DNA of 64,000 bases from Flavobacteriaceae bacterium UBA4166 (GCA_002379985.1 DFVG01000010.1:4630-68629); one strand, 5' to 3'; positions 20,376 through 30,247 are shown, numbered from the stretch's first letter. Numbers and translations: made by a program. Notes: generated by a model from the letters alone, not told the origin.

Positions 20376-20633
20376 ATGACCACCGAAAGGATTTACGCCA
20401 AATTACTTCCCATTATCCAAAATTATTTACCTGAAGATGTTTCTCCCGATGAGGTGGATCCCGATAAGGATCTTACGCGAGAGCTCAATATCAATTCTGC
20501 GCATTTGGTAGATGTGGTGTTGGATGTGGAAGATGCCTTTGATGTAGAGTTTGCTAATGATGATATGGAAAGTTTGCGAACCGTAAACGATGCCATTACC
20601 ATTATTCAAAACAAGCTCAAGGAAAACCAATAA
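20376..20633 (+). CDS. acyl carrier protein
   Basis: 85 aa and acidic. Phosphopantetheine-site-like LNINSAHLVDVVLDVEDAF. Confidence 0.75.
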   Translation: MTTERIYAKLLPIIQNYLPEDVSPDEVDPDKDLTRELNINSAHLVDVVLDVEDAFDVEFANDDMESLRTVNDAITIIQNKLKENQ

Positions 20634-20635
20634 GC

Positions 20636-21403
20636 ATGGAAGGACTGTTTACGCCTGAAAATTTTATTGCGCTGGCCTTACTTACCTTGCTTCAAGCAGT
20701 ATTAGGACTTGACAACTTGTTGTACATCTCTATTGAATCCAAGCGAGCGCCTGTAGAAAAGCAAAAAAAGGTGCGGCAACTGGGCATTGGTCTTGCCATT
20801 GTATTACGTATTGTGCTGCTCTTCGTGCTGTTGCGCCTTATCGAGTTATTTCAAGATCCCTTCTTCGGAATTCATGCCACCGATGTTTTTGAAGGCGAAT
20901 TCAACCTGCATAGTATCATTGTGCTTTTCGGTGGGGTTTTTATCATGTACACCGCTGTAAAAGAAATTTTACACATGATGACCATTGAAAAGCATGAAAA
21001 AAAAACTGCCAAGCCGAAGTCGGTAGGCATGATCATTACCTCTATTGTGATCATGAATCTCGTCTTTTCATTTGATTCTATTTTAGGCGCCATTGCCTTA
21101 ACCGATGTGTTCTGGGTGATGGCAACCGCTATTGTTATTGGCGGACTGCTTATGATCTGGCTCAGCGGAAAGGTGACCGAGTTCCTGAAAAAGAATCGAA
21201 TGTATGAAGTGCTCGGGCTTTTCATTTTACTCATTGTTGGCGTTATGTTACTTTCGGAAGGAGGACACATTGCCCATATGAAGCTCTTCGGAAACCCAAT
21301 AACCCCTATGAGCAAAACAACCTTCTACTTTGTGATCGCGGTATTGGTGATCGTGGATATTGTTCAAGGCCGCTATCAGAAAAAGCTCAATAAACAATTG
21401 TAA
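20636..21403 (+). CDS. TerC-family integral membrane protein
   Basis: LQAVLGLDNLLYISI motif and multiple TM helices. Starts 3 nt after the ACP stop. Confidence 0.8.
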   Translation: MEGLFTPENFIALALLTLLQAVLGLDNLLYISIESKRAPVEKQKKVRQLGIGLAIVLRIVLLFVLLRLIELFQDPFFGIHATDVFEGEFNLHSIIVLFGGVFIMYTAVKEILHMMTIEKHEKKTAKPKSVGMIITSIVIMNLVFSFDSILGAIALTDVFWVMATAIVIGGLLMIWLSGKVTEFLKKNRMYEVLGLFILLIVGVMLLSEGGHIAHMKLFGNPITPMSKTTFYFVIAVLVIVDIVQGRYQKKLNKQL

Positions 21404-21406
21404 ACT

Positions 21407-22633
21407 ATGGAAGCCGGGCGTTTGAAGCGTACTCCAAACCGACTCGCCGTAAAACTCAGTACTGCAGGAGAACGGGTGGTACGCAGCGGTCATCCGTGGA
21501 TCTTTTCTAAGCGTATCGTAAAATGTAAGGAAGGCGGAAAACCGGGTGATATCGCCGTCATTTTCAGTCAGCAGTCCAATACCGTTTTGGGCATCGGACT
21601 CTACGATCCGGATTCTCCCATTCGAATTAAGATGCTGTATACCTCGGGGCCGGCGACCATCGATCAAGCCTTTTTTTCAGAAAAAATCATCCAAGCTAAA
21701 ATGCTTCGGAAACCGCTCTTAGCAACGCATACGAATAGTTACCGACTAATTTTTGGGGAGAATGACGGATTGCCCGGGCTCATTGCCGATGTCTACGACA
21801 CCGTACTGGTCATAAAATTATATACTGCAATTTGGTTGCCTTTCCTTCAGATGATCGTTCCGCTTATTGAAAAAGCAGCACAAACACAGACCACGGTAGT
21901 CAGACTCAACCGCTTGCTGGAGAAAAAGACCATTACAGGACTTACTGATGGCATGATCTGGAGTGGAAGTCTCACTTCAGAAACCGTTGTATTTCTGGAG
22001 CACGGAATTCGGTTTCAAGCCAATGTGATCAAAGGACATAAAACCGGATATTTTTTAGATCATCGCCATAACCGGAAGCAAGTAGGGGAGATGGCTTCAG
22101 GAAAAACAGTTTTGGATGTGTTTTCTTATGCCGGTGGGTTTTCTGTTCATGCGCTAGTAGGCGGTGCGAAAGAAGTGACGAGTGTTGATATCAGTGCGCA
22201 TGCGCTCGCTGTCGCGGAAGAAAATGCGCAACTCAATTCTTTCAACGGTACTCATAAAACCGTGGCAGGAGACGCTTTTGAAGTCTTAGAAAACTGGGTT
22301 TCCGAAGGAATTACCTACGATATCGTGGTTATCGACCCCCCAAGTTTTGCGAAACGTGCTTCTGAAATTCCAAAAGCCATTAAAAAATATCATCAATTGG
22401 CTTCCTTAGGAGCGCAACTGGTCGCTAAAGGTGGAACGCTTGTCTTGGCTTCCTGTTCTTCAAGAATCAATGCCGAACAATTTTTCGAAATCAACGACAA
22501 AGCCTTACGTCGTGTGGGAAGGGTATTTACACGTATCCAGAAAACCGCACACGATATCGATCATCCGGTTACGTTTCCGGAAGGATGGTATTTAAAATGC
22601 GGGTATTATCAATTAGACAAAAAGCGAAAGTAG
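21407..22633 (+). CDS. SAM-dependent rRNA (cytosine-C5) methyltransferase, RlmI-like
   Basis: PUA-like N-terminus (GHPWIF), methyltransferase core VLDVFSYAGGFS and VVIDPPSFAK. Confidence 0.8.
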   Translation: MEAGRLKRTPNRLAVKLSTAGERVVRSGHPWIFSKRIVKCKEGGKPGDIAVIFSQQSNTVLGIGLYDPDSPIRIKMLYTSGPATIDQAFFSEKIIQAKMLRKPLLATHTNSYRLIFGENDGLPGLIADVYDTVLVIKLYTAIWLPFLQMIVPLIEKAAQTQTTVVRLNRLLEKKTITGLTDGMIWSGSLTSETVVFLEHGIRFQANVIKGHKTGYFLDHRHNRKQVGEMASGKTVLDVFSYAGGFSVHALVGGAKEVTSVDISAHALAVAEENAQLNSFNGTHKTVAGDAFEVLENWVSEGITYDIVVIDPPSFAKRASEIPKAIKKYHQLASLGAQLVAKGGTLVLASCSSRINAEQFFEINDKALRRVGRVFTRIQKTAHDIDHPVTFPEGWYLKCGYYQLDKKRK

Positions 22634-23950
22634 CAGGACCGTAGAAAACCCTGTGAGCGCCAATAGCGTGGTCATGACCGTCCAACTTCGAAAGGTTTGC
22701 TCTTCATTCATTCCCAAATATTTACTTACCAACCAGAATCCGCTATCATTGACATGAGAAAGAATGGAGGCACCCGCAGCAATGGCGATCACCAACAATG
22801 CTTTATCCATGGCTCCGGTTTCTGTAAGCAATAGGGGTGCTGTTACTCCGGCCGCAGTGATCATCGCAACGGTGGCAGAACCTTGTAGAATGCGAACCAA
22901 CGCCGCCACCACAAAGGCAAACACCAACGTACTGAGTCCCATTTCCGAAAAATACGTCGCTAACATATCTCCGGCACCTGTTGCGATCAATGTTTCTTTA
23001 AACACCCCACCGGCGCCGGTCAGTAAAATGATGACCCCTGCAGGGGCTAACGATTTTGCTGTAATATTCTGAAGTGCCTTTCGGGAAGTACCGCGACGTA
23101 CTCCCAACACGTACCATGCAAGAAGGTTCGCCAGGATTAGGGCTACAAAAGGATGTCCTACCATCTGCAGCCAATTTTTGATGCTCTCTGGAAGCCAATT
23201 GTCACCCAACGGACTGTTCAATACGGTATTGCAAACAATAAGGATGATAGGCAGTCCGATAATGGAAAAAATGACTCCCACGGAAGGAAGTTGCCGTTGG
23301 TCTGCAGCATCTTCAAAACCTTCAGGAGCTTCAATATGAATACGCTTTGCAATATATTTTCCGAAAAGGGGTCCGCTTACAATAGCCGTAGGGATCCCGA
23401 CGATAAAACCAAACACAATCACCCAACCCAGATCAGCATTCAGAATATCTGCTACCGCCACTGGACCAGGAGTCGGCGGAATAAAAGCATGTGTAATCGC
23501 AAGTCCGGCCAACAGTGGAATTCCGTATAGTAACAACGACTTTTTAGACTTCCGCTGCAGCGAATAAATAAGCGGCACTAAAATAATAAATGCGACATCG
23601 AAGAATACAGGAATGGCTACAAAGAAACCTGTAAGCATCAGTGCCCAAGCGGTATTCTTGTTTTTTGTTTTATTCAAAAGAAATCCGGCGACGGCTTCCG
23701 CACCGCCACTGTGCTCTAGAATAGCTCCAAACATTGCTCCTAGTCCGACGACCACTGCCACGAAGCCCAACGTATTGCCCATACCGATCTTGATAGTGTC
23801 AATAATATTGAGCGGTTGCATTCCGGCTAGAATTCCCACCAAAATACTAGCCATCAGCAAAGCGATAAATGCTTGGATGCGAAATTTTAGAATAAGGAGT
23901 AACAGCAGTGCGATGCCTGCGCCGATGGCAAGGAGTAACGTACTATCCAT
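22613..23950 (-). CDS. gntP: gluconate:H+ symporter (GntP family)
   Basis: About 12 TM helices and GntP-type motifs. Start set to MDSTLLL (ATG 23948-23950), just after the gnd stop. Confidence 0.85.
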   Translation of the reverse strand: MDSTLLLAIGAGIALLLLLILKFRIQAFIALLMASILVGILAGMQPLNIIDTIKIGMGNTLGFVAVVVGLGAMFGAILEHSGGAEAVAGFLLNKTKNKNTAWALMLTGFFVAIPVFFDVAFIILVPLIYSLQRKSKKSLLLYGIPLLAGLAITHAFIPPTPGPVAVADILNADLGWVIVFGFIVGIPTAIVSGPLFGKYIAKRIHIEAPEGFEDAADQRQLPSVGVIFSIIGLPIILIVCNTVLNSPLGDNWLPESIKNWLQMVGHPFVALILANLLAWYVLGVRRGTSRKALQNITAKSLAPAGVIILLTGAGGVFKETLIATGAGDMLATYFSEMGLSTLVFAFVVAALVRILQGSATVAMITAAGVTAPLLLTETGAMDKALLVIAIAAGASILSHVNDSGFWLVSKYLGMNEEQTFRSWTVMTTLLALTGFSTVLLLSLFV

Positions 23951-25343
23951 GAGTATTGTTCCAATTCGTGGTAAAAGATTCATCTTCAAGACGGTCAATT
24001 CGACGGTAGGTGTGGGCGCCAAAACTATCTCGTTGTGCTTGAATTAAATTCGCAGGTAAAGACACTGAACTCATTGTATACCAATATTGTAACGCATTTG
24101 AAAAACAAGGCACGGCAATATGTTGAGCGGATGCTTCTGTAAGTATCGTATCTAAAGCAGGCACACCGTTCTTTCGAGTCGATTCAAACATCGGGTGCTG
24201 TAAAAAATCTTCTTCTGAAATAGCTTTCGAAATATCAACAACCAACGTTGAGGCCAAGATACAGCCGTTGGTCCACACGCGAGTAATTTCCTGTAAAGAC
24301 ACATCCCAGCCGTAGTGATCGGAGGCCATCTGGATCAATTGTAATCCCTCATGGTGATTCAACACACGCGCCCATCGGTAGGCATTTTGGAGCGCCTCAA
24401 TTGTGATTAGCGCATCCGTTTTCGCAGCATTACTCAAGGCCGCCAATTGCTTTCGTTTCTTTTTTAAGGAAGAAAAGGATCTCGCGAACAAGGCCGATGC
24501 CGTAAACGAAGCAGGAGCTCCAAGTTCAGTTGCAGCTTGCACGGTCCAACTTCCGGTGCCTTTGCTGGCTGCGACATCTAGTACTTTTTCTAATAAGGGA
24601 GTGCCGTTTTCCTTCTTCCGAAGAATGTTAATGGTGGTTTCCAGAAGAAAGCTTTGTTCCAGACCTTCATTCCATTCCGAAAGTAGCTCCGCCATCGTAT
24701 CATGATCTAGGCTAGGTTTCAATAAAACATATGCCTCTGCCAGTAATTGCATTTCAGCATATTCGATTCCATTATGCACCATCTTTACAAAATGCCCACA
24801 ACCTTGAGGCCCTAAATAAGCAACGCAGGGATTCCCATTGGGGTCTTTCGCCGCTATGCTTTCCAAAATAGGCTGAATTAAATAGTAATTGGTTTGTTGA
24901 CCGCCGACCATCATTGAAGGACCTTTCCGCGCTCCGGAGGCACCTCCTGAAACCCCAACGCCAAAAAAGGCCATTCCTTTTTTCTGTAGCGAGCCGCAGC
25001 GTCGAAAAGTATCTTTGTAATGAGAATTTCCCCCATCGATAATACTATCATCGCGATCTAAAAAAGGCGTAAGTTGGTCGATCACTTCATCCACCGGGGC
25101 ACCGGCCGGGACCATGATTAAAATCTTTCTGGGACGGGCGAGGGATGCTACAAAATCGGTCAGTTGCGTATGGCCCTGAATATGCTCACCGGGATGGTCT
25201 TTGAGAAAATCAGCGACGACCCTTGCTTCGATACCTTCAGAACGGTTATACACTGAAATAGAAATACCCTTTTCCGCAGCATTTGCCGCTAGATTCGCTC
25301 CCATGACCCCTAGGCCAATAATTCCAAATTCAGCCTTATTCAT
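23943..25343 (-). CDS. gnd: 6-phosphogluconate dehydrogenase (decarboxylating)
   Basis: FGIIGLGVMGANLA Rossmann motif, GGNSHYKDT and HNGIEYAEMQ motifs. Start at MNKAEF. Confidence 0.9.
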   Translation of the reverse strand: MNKAEFGIIGLGVMGANLAANAAEKGISISVYNRSEGIEARVVADFLKDHPGEHIQGHTQLTDFVASLARPRKILIMVPAGAPVDEVIDQLTPFLDRDDSIIDGGNSHYKDTFRRCGSLQKKGMAFFGVGVSGGASGARKGPSMMVGGQQTNYYLIQPILESIAAKDPNGNPCVAYLGPQGCGHFVKMVHNGIEYAEMQLLAEAYVLLKPSLDHDTMAELLSEWNEGLEQSFLLETTINILRKKENGTPLLEKVLDVAASKGTGSWTVQAATELGAPASFTASALFARSFSSLKKKRKQLAALSNAAKTDALITIEALQNAYRWARVLNHHEGLQLIQMASDHYGWDVSLQEITRVWTNGCILASTLVVDISKAISEEDFLQHPMFESTRKNGVPALDTILTEASAQHIAVPCFSNALQYWYTMSSVSLPANLIQAQRDSFGAHTYRRIDRLEDESFTTNWNNTHG

Positions 25344-25818
25344 ACGATTGGTATTTGGAAAGAATATCATCAACAATATGTTCGGGAGATCTAGTTACAC
25401 TCACACGAAATGCTTTCGTGGGAGGTTCTAAGGCATCAAATTGGGACTGCAACAGGGCAGGAGGCATGTAATGGTCTGTGCGCTGTTGTAGCCGCTGATA
25501 AATTGCCGGGTAACCCCCTTGTAAAAATACCCAAAAAGCGTCACGATTGCTATCTAACATGTCTCGATACGAACGTTTTAGTGCTGAGCAGGCCAAAACC
25601 GCCTCGCCTTCCGTTGACCATTTCTGAATATTTGTTGCTAAAGTTTCCAACCAAGGTTTTCGATCTGAATCATTTAAGGACGTTCCTTGTTGCATTTTTA
25701 GCACATTCGATTCCGGATGAAAATCATCAGCATCGTAAAAGGGAGCGTTCAACCTATTGGCCAACAAAGTACCTACCGTCGTTTTTCCGCAGCCGCTAAC
25801 ACCCATAATTATGATCAA
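25336..25818 (-). CDS. gntK: gluconokinase
   Basis: P-loop MGVSGCGKTTVG. Size and motifs match the GntK/IdnK family. Sits upstream of gnd-gntP. Confidence 0.85.
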   Translation of the reverse strand: MIIIMGVSGCGKTTVGTLLANRLNAPFYDADDFHPESNVLKMQQGTSLNDSDRKPWLETLATNIQKWSTEGEAVLACSALKRSYRDMLDSNRDAFWVFLQGGYPAIYQRLQQRTDHYMPPALLQSQFDALEPPTKAFRVSVTRSPEHIVDDILSKYQSYE

Positions 25819-25956
25819 TGATCTGTATTTTAAAAGAAGTTACAAGGTACGTAGAATTTCAATTCTTTTAAAACCCTGTTAATAGGGGCGTTAAAGAGTT
25901 TTAAAACATTTCTTTATTACCTAATTGAAGTTTATTTTAATATAAAATCAAGCATT

Positions 25957-26331
25957 ATGAAAAAGATATTCTTAGTACTATTATTGTTGACCACTACAGG
26001 CATGTTTGCACAAGATCCCATGTTACAAAAGGATAATGAGGAAATGGAGGCAAGAGCCGAACTGCTCACGCAGCAGTACAATGAAGAACTCGCATTGACT
26101 CCCAAACAGCAATTGTTGTTTCAGAAAAAAGTAGAAGAATTCTTAATTCGAGCGGAGTCCATACGCATGAAAACCGAGGGAAAGAATGAAATGGATGCCT
26201 TAGCAGAGCTTCAGATTCAAGAAATTACTGAAATGAACAATGTGCTCACACAACCTCAAATGGATCTTTACAAAAAACTACGCCCTGTCATGCAACCCAT
26301 AGGGGAGGTTTCTGAGAATGAGAAAATGTAA
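25957..26331 (+). CDS. secreted LTXXQ-motif (CpxP/Spy-like) protein
   Basis: Signal peptide, helical sequence and two LTxxQ motifs (LTPKQ, LTQPQ). Confidence 0.45.
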   Translation: MKKIFLVLLLLTTTGMFAQDPMLQKDNEEMEARAELLTQQYNEELALTPKQQLLFQKKVEEFLIRAESIRMKTEGKNEMDALAELQIQEITEMNNVLTQPQMDLYKKLRPVMQPIGEVSENEKM

Positions 26332-26356
26332 ACTAAGACAAAACAATTATAAAAGC

Positions 26357-26387
26357 GAAAGCGCAGTTTTTACTGCGCTTTCTTTAT
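26357..26387. terminator. bidirectional hairpin terminator between convergent genes
   Basis: gaaagcgcag / ctgcgctttc 10-bp stem flanked by A- and T-runs. Confidence 0.6.
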
Positions 26388-26412
26388 AGGGAGTTGTTCA
26401 AGGGAGAACAAA

Positions 26413-26871
26413 TTATTTAAATTTTTCGTCTTTGGTGGTTGATTCGATCGTAGGATCGTCTGTATGCATCGTTTTTTTAAGTCCGGCAGAATCTACATTG
26501 AAAAACTCCATGATTTCGGTAGGGTTTTCAATTTGTTTCATTTTTTCTCCGTTGATCGCGATGGGCTGTGTGAGGACTTCATTATTATTCTGAAGGATTT
26601 TCACCCAGTCTTCGGTATTGTAATCAGATCGGTCTTTATCGTCTTCTTTCAAAACACGTTTATCAACCAAATCGCCTACCTTGACATTAAGTCCGTCTGC
26701 GATTTCGGCCCACTGTGTACCCGTGACTTTTACTTTTGCAATATCAATGGTATGAATCTTCTCTTCGATCCCTTGTAAATAACTCAACGTATGTTTTCCC
26801 ACACGTGTGTTGCTGCTATACACTAAGGTAAGCTGTTTGTCATCTCTTGCGAGTACTGCCATATCTTCCAT
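26413..26871 (-). CDS. ArsC/Spx-like thioredoxin-fold protein (no CXXC)
   Basis: Weak resemblance to ArsC-family layout (LTLVYSSNTRVGK..., LTQPIAINGEK). The assignment is tentative. Confidence 0.4.
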   Translation of the reverse strand: MEDMAVLARDDKQLTLVYSSNTRVGKHTLSYLQGIEEKIHTIDIAKVKVTGTQWAEIADGLNVKVGDLVDKRVLKEDDKDRSDYNTEDWVKILQNNNEVLTQPIAINGEKMKQIENPTEIMEFFNVDSAGLKKTMHTDDPTIESTTKDEKFK

Positions 26872-26872
26872 C

Positions 26873-27175
26873 TTAATGAGTTTGCATCTTTTCCTTACGC
26901 TTCTGTAGTTGACGCTTTAATTCATTATACGATTCGCTTACAGATTTTTCAAAATTTTCATTCGATGCTTCTGCAAATATACGAGGTCCCGGCGCACTTA
27001 AACGAATATTACAGATTTTTCCTGTTTCGTCGCTTGAAGTATTTTCAGTTTTAAAGAAAACATCGGCTCTTACGATGAAGTCATAGCGGTTAAACAATTT
27101 TTCTAATTTCTTAGCGGTAAAGATTTCTAGCGCGTCGCTAGCAGATACCTTATCATATTCGAAGTTGATGTTCAT
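26873..27175 (-). CDS. ribosome hibernation factor HPF/RaiA family
   Basis: MNINFEY...ALEIFTAKKLEKL... pattern of the short S30AE/HPF family. ATG at 27173-27175. Confidence 0.7.
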   Translation of the reverse strand: MNINFEYDKVSASDALEIFTAKKLEKLFNRYDFIVRADVFFKTENTSSDETGKICNIRLSAPGPRIFAEASNENFEKSVSESYNELKRQLQKRKEKMQTH

Positions 27176-27343
27176 AATTATAGAATTTCTTTTAAAGATA
27201 CAATAGGAGGGAGGGGGTGCCAAATTTTTAATAGTTCTTTGTGAAAAACTCTTGAAAGATCGTGCCGTTGCGTTAAATGTTTTTTAATTGTTTTTGGAAG
27301 CGGAATGCAGTCGTTACTTTTAGAAAAACAAAAAAAGAAAAAG

Positions 27344-27955
27344 ATGGCTGACACACTCAATGAAGTAAGAAAAATTACACCTACCGAATACGACATACAT
27401 CCTTTAATCAAATCGCGATGGAGTCCCAGAGCGTTTGATTCGAAACCGCTCTCTGAAGAGGATATCCATATTTTATTGGAAGCAGGACGTTGGGCTCCAA
27501 GCAGTAATAATTTACAGCCTTGGCGTATTATATGGGGATTGAAGGGTAGCGATACCTATAACCGTATTTTTGATTGCTTAGCCGAATTCAACCAAGGATG
27601 GGTAGAAGGGGCTCCGGCCTTGTGGATTGGAGCGATCAAAACCGATATGAAAGAGGGAAAGAAAGAAAACTTTCATGCCTTGCACGATCTCGGACTCTTT
27701 ATGGGGAATGTTGTGAATCAAGCGGAATCGATGGGAATTGCTGTTCATCAAATGGCCGGAATTGATTTTGAGAAGGCGAAGAAAGAATTTGGCTTTCCTG
27801 ATAACTATCATGTAGCTACGGCTACAGCCTTCGGGTATTATGGTGGGAATCCTGAAACACTTTCCGAAGACTTACAAGAAGAAGAATTACAAACGAAACG
27901 CGAACGCAAGCCACAAGCCGAATTTGCCTTCAACGGAAATTTCAAAAAAGACTAA
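27344..27955 (+). CDS. nitroreductase family protein
   Basis: RWSPRAF...LLEAGRWAPSSNNLQPWR motif. Confidence 0.8.
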   Translation: MADTLNEVRKITPTEYDIHPLIKSRWSPRAFDSKPLSEEDIHILLEAGRWAPSSNNLQPWRIIWGLKGSDTYNRIFDCLAEFNQGWVEGAPALWIGAIKTDMKEGKKENFHALHDLGLFMGNVVNQAESMGIAVHQMAGIDFEKAKKEFGFPDNYHVATATAFGYYGGNPETLSEDLQEEELQTKRERKPQAEFAFNGNFKKD

Positions 27956-27958
27956 ACC

Positions 27959-28168
27959 ATGGAAAAAACAAGAAAACAAAAGAAGCATGCCGACTTCCAA
28001 GATGCTTACCGCAGATCTTCTAACTTTAACAAGTCGACAAAAAAGGAAGACTTTGAGCCGGGCGAGAATGGGGAATTAACCTTAGCGGAAAAAGAAGAGC
28101 GTGATGCGAAAAAAATTGCAGATGCCATGAAGCATTTGGAAGATGAAGATACAGACGAGAACAGTTAG
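27959..28168 (+). CDS. small charged hypothetical protein
   Basis: 69-aa ORF, 3 nt after the upstream stop, followed by a terminator. No recognisable family. Confidence 0.35.
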   Translation: MEKTRKQKKHADFQDAYRRSSNFNKSTKKEDFEPGENGELTLAEKEERDAKKIADAMKHLEDEDTDENS

Positions 28169-28186
28169 TGAATTGTGTTTTGGTTA

Positions 28187-28227
28187 AAACGGCGGGATCC
28201 GAATAACGGGTGTCGCCGTTTTTTTAT
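28187..28227. terminator. hairpin terminator between convergent genes
   Basis: aaacggcg ... cgccgttt stem followed by TTTTTT. Confidence 0.6.
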
Positions 28228-29207
28228 GAAGGTAAGTGAGGGTCATCGGCAGGTGGGAGGTCTTCTTCAGGAAGGGGTTGCTTAATATAAACCGAAGCCA
28301 AAACGCCTCCTAGCAAAGCAACTGCGATAACCGCTAACGAAGCCCATTCCGGAATTTCAATATGGTGGGAAAAGATCATTTTGAGTCCGACAAACGTCAG
28401 GATCGCCACTAAGCTATAATTGATATAGCGGAACTTCTCTAACATTCGGGAAATTAAAAAATACATCGATCTAAGTCCGAGTATCGCTAAAATATTCGAA
28501 CTAAACACCAAAAACGGATCGGCTGTAATCGCAAGAATGGCCGGAATGCTGTCTAAGGCAAAGAGTACGTCCGTGAGCTCAATGACGATAAGGGCTAAGA
28601 ATAGGGGCGTGGCCATACGCTTTCCCATTTTCCGAATAAAAAATTTATCGCCTTCCGTATGGTGGGTTACCGCGAAAAATTTCCGTACCCAGCGATAGAC
28701 CTTCGAATCTTTCGGGTTGAAATCTTCTTCCCCATTAGAACGCAGCATTTTGTAGGCGGTGTAGAGTAGGAAGGCTCCAAAAACATAAATGATCCATTCG
28801 AATTTATTGATAAGCGCCACACCAAAGAGAATCATGAGTCCGCGAAACACCACCGCACCCAAAATACCCCAGAACAGGACTCGGTGTTGGTATTTGCTGG
28901 GAATATTAAAGGAGGAGAAGATGATGGCGATCACAAAGACATTATCGATACTTAGGGATAATTCGATCAAATAACCCGTAATATATTTTAAGGTAGCGTT
29001 CGAAGGAGTGAGTCCGGTAGGGTTCTCAACGAGTTCATGTTGAAATAGCAGATAGATCGCTCCCGAAAAAGCCAAGGCAAACGACACCCAAACGGTGGTC
29101 CAGATTGCGGCTTCTTTTGTTTTGATAACGTGTGCTTTGCGATTGAAGACACCGAGGTCTAAGGCAAGAAAAATAATAATGAGCGCAATAAAAGCAGTCC
29201 AGATCAC
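28224..29207 (-). CDS. TerC/Alx-family integral membrane protein
   Basis: LSIDNVFVIAIIF and ALDSIPAILAIT twin motifs. About 9 TM helices. Confidence 0.85.
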   Translation of the reverse strand: MIWTAFIALIIIFLALDLGVFNRKAHVIKTKEAAIWTTVWVSFALAFSGAIYLLFQHELVENPTGLTPSNATLKYITGYLIELSLSIDNVFVIAIIFSSFNIPSKYQHRVLFWGILGAVVFRGLMILFGVALINKFEWIIYVFGAFLLYTAYKMLRSNGEEDFNPKDSKVYRWVRKFFAVTHHTEGDKFFIRKMGKRMATPLFLALIVIELTDVLFALDSIPAILAITADPFLVFSSNILAILGLRSMYFLISRMLEKFRYINYSLVAILTFVGLKMIFSHHIEIPEWASLAVIAVALLGGVLASVYIKQPLPEEDLPPADDPHLPS

Positions 29208-29261
29208 AGGCGGTTAATTTTACGCAAAAGTACGGCGACGGTTCAAGAAACTGTTTTAGAG

Positions 29262-29425
29262 AAATGTTAAGGTTGTGAAGGACTTAGGACTTAGGATGTA
29301 GGATGTATAGTGAGTTGGTGAATTTGTGAGTCGGAAGAGGACGTAGGACTTAAGATGAAGGATAAATAGGAGATAAGAATTAGTGGATTAGTGATTCGGG
29401 AGAAGATGTAAGAGTTAGGACCATT
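29262..29425. repeat. C-depleted low-complexity word repeat (taggac/aggatgt/gtgagttggtg/gtggatt)
   Basis: Only about 6 C in 29281-29420 by direct count. Built from recurring short words. Its vocabulary is the reverse complement of the tract at 33781-34040. Confidence 0.7.
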
Positions 29426-29517
29426 GTCATGGTTTTATAGGATTGGGGCATGCTTCTTGTACTATAGCTAGTGTTAAACTCATTGTGTCATTGGCACACA
29501 ATGCTTATCTTAAACCT

Positions 29518-30117
29518 ATGAAAAAGAAACCATTATATCATCGATTATTCCTTGTTGCGGTCATGGCGATGGTGTTTCAAAGTTGTGGTTCTTCTGAAAA
29601 TGCCGCTGAAGAGACACAAAATGCGCAAGCCTTTCAGGCTGTTAGTGATTTAGTAGCTTCTGAAATGTATCGTATTGATGTAGAAAATGCGCAACCTTTT
29701 AATACGGCTGCAACGACGCAAGTACTTAATGAATTGGCGCCTTATATGAATGGAAGCACTTCCGGGAATATACAACTGTCTGGCGACAATTACTTTTTAG
29801 AAGTCACACAAGGAAAAGTGAAGGCTAATATGCCGTTTTTCGGACAACAATTGCAAGGTAGCGGTGGAAATAGAAACAGTCAGGATGTTGGTGTGGATAT
29901 GAATGGAATGACGGAAGATTATGCCGCAAAGGTTTTAGAGCGCAAGCAGAAAATTGAAATCTACTTTGAAGCAGATGATGTAAACAACAAAACCGAACGC
30001 TATCAAGTATTTATCAACGCATACCCAAACCAACGTGCCACCATACAAGTAACTTCTTCGCAACGCACGGTGATTCGATATACCGGAAGAATTCATGCCG
30101 TTCCGGATGCGATGTAA
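29518..30117 (+). CDS. lipoprotein, DUF4251-like
   Basis: MKKKPLYHRLFLVAVMAMVFQSCGS lipobox. Two-lobed beta-rich layout (YRIDVENAQP..., YFLEV...) resembles DUF4251. Confidence 0.55.
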   Translation: MKKKPLYHRLFLVAVMAMVFQSCGSSENAAEETQNAQAFQAVSDLVASEMYRIDVENAQPFNTAATTQVLNELAPYMNGSTSGNIQLSGDNYFLEVTQGKVKANMPFFGQQLQGSGGNRNSQDVGVDMNGMTEDYAAKVLERKQKIEIYFEADDVNNKTERYQVFINAYPNQRATIQVTSSQRTVIRYTGRIHAVPDAM

Positions 30118-30183
30118 GGAGGAAAGGGAGAATACGGTAATTCTTTAAAGCGATATCATTCACAATGAAACATAGAACTTTCG

Positions 30184-30215
<32 letters not shown>

Positions 30216-30247
30216 TGCAATCAAAGTAAATTACTGGATACGCAGTA

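Noticed and set aside
20872-21667. Minus-strand ORFs of 147 and 139 aa across the TerC/RlmI junction.
   Set aside because: They lie fully inside well-supported plus-strand genes and have no recognisable motifs.
22764-24047. Plus-strand ORFs (102, 125 and 144 aa) within the gntP region.
   Set aside because: They are antisense to a 12-TM permease gene. Hydrophobic-codon complements commonly stay open.
29208-29442. A yybP-ykoY (Mn) riboswitch in the leader of the Alx/TerC gene at 28224-29207.
   Set aside because: The minus-strand leader is a G-poor low-complexity tract. I found none of the conserved G-rich junction motifs (e.g. GGGGAGUAG-like) and no four-helix layout. An Infernal scan would settle it.
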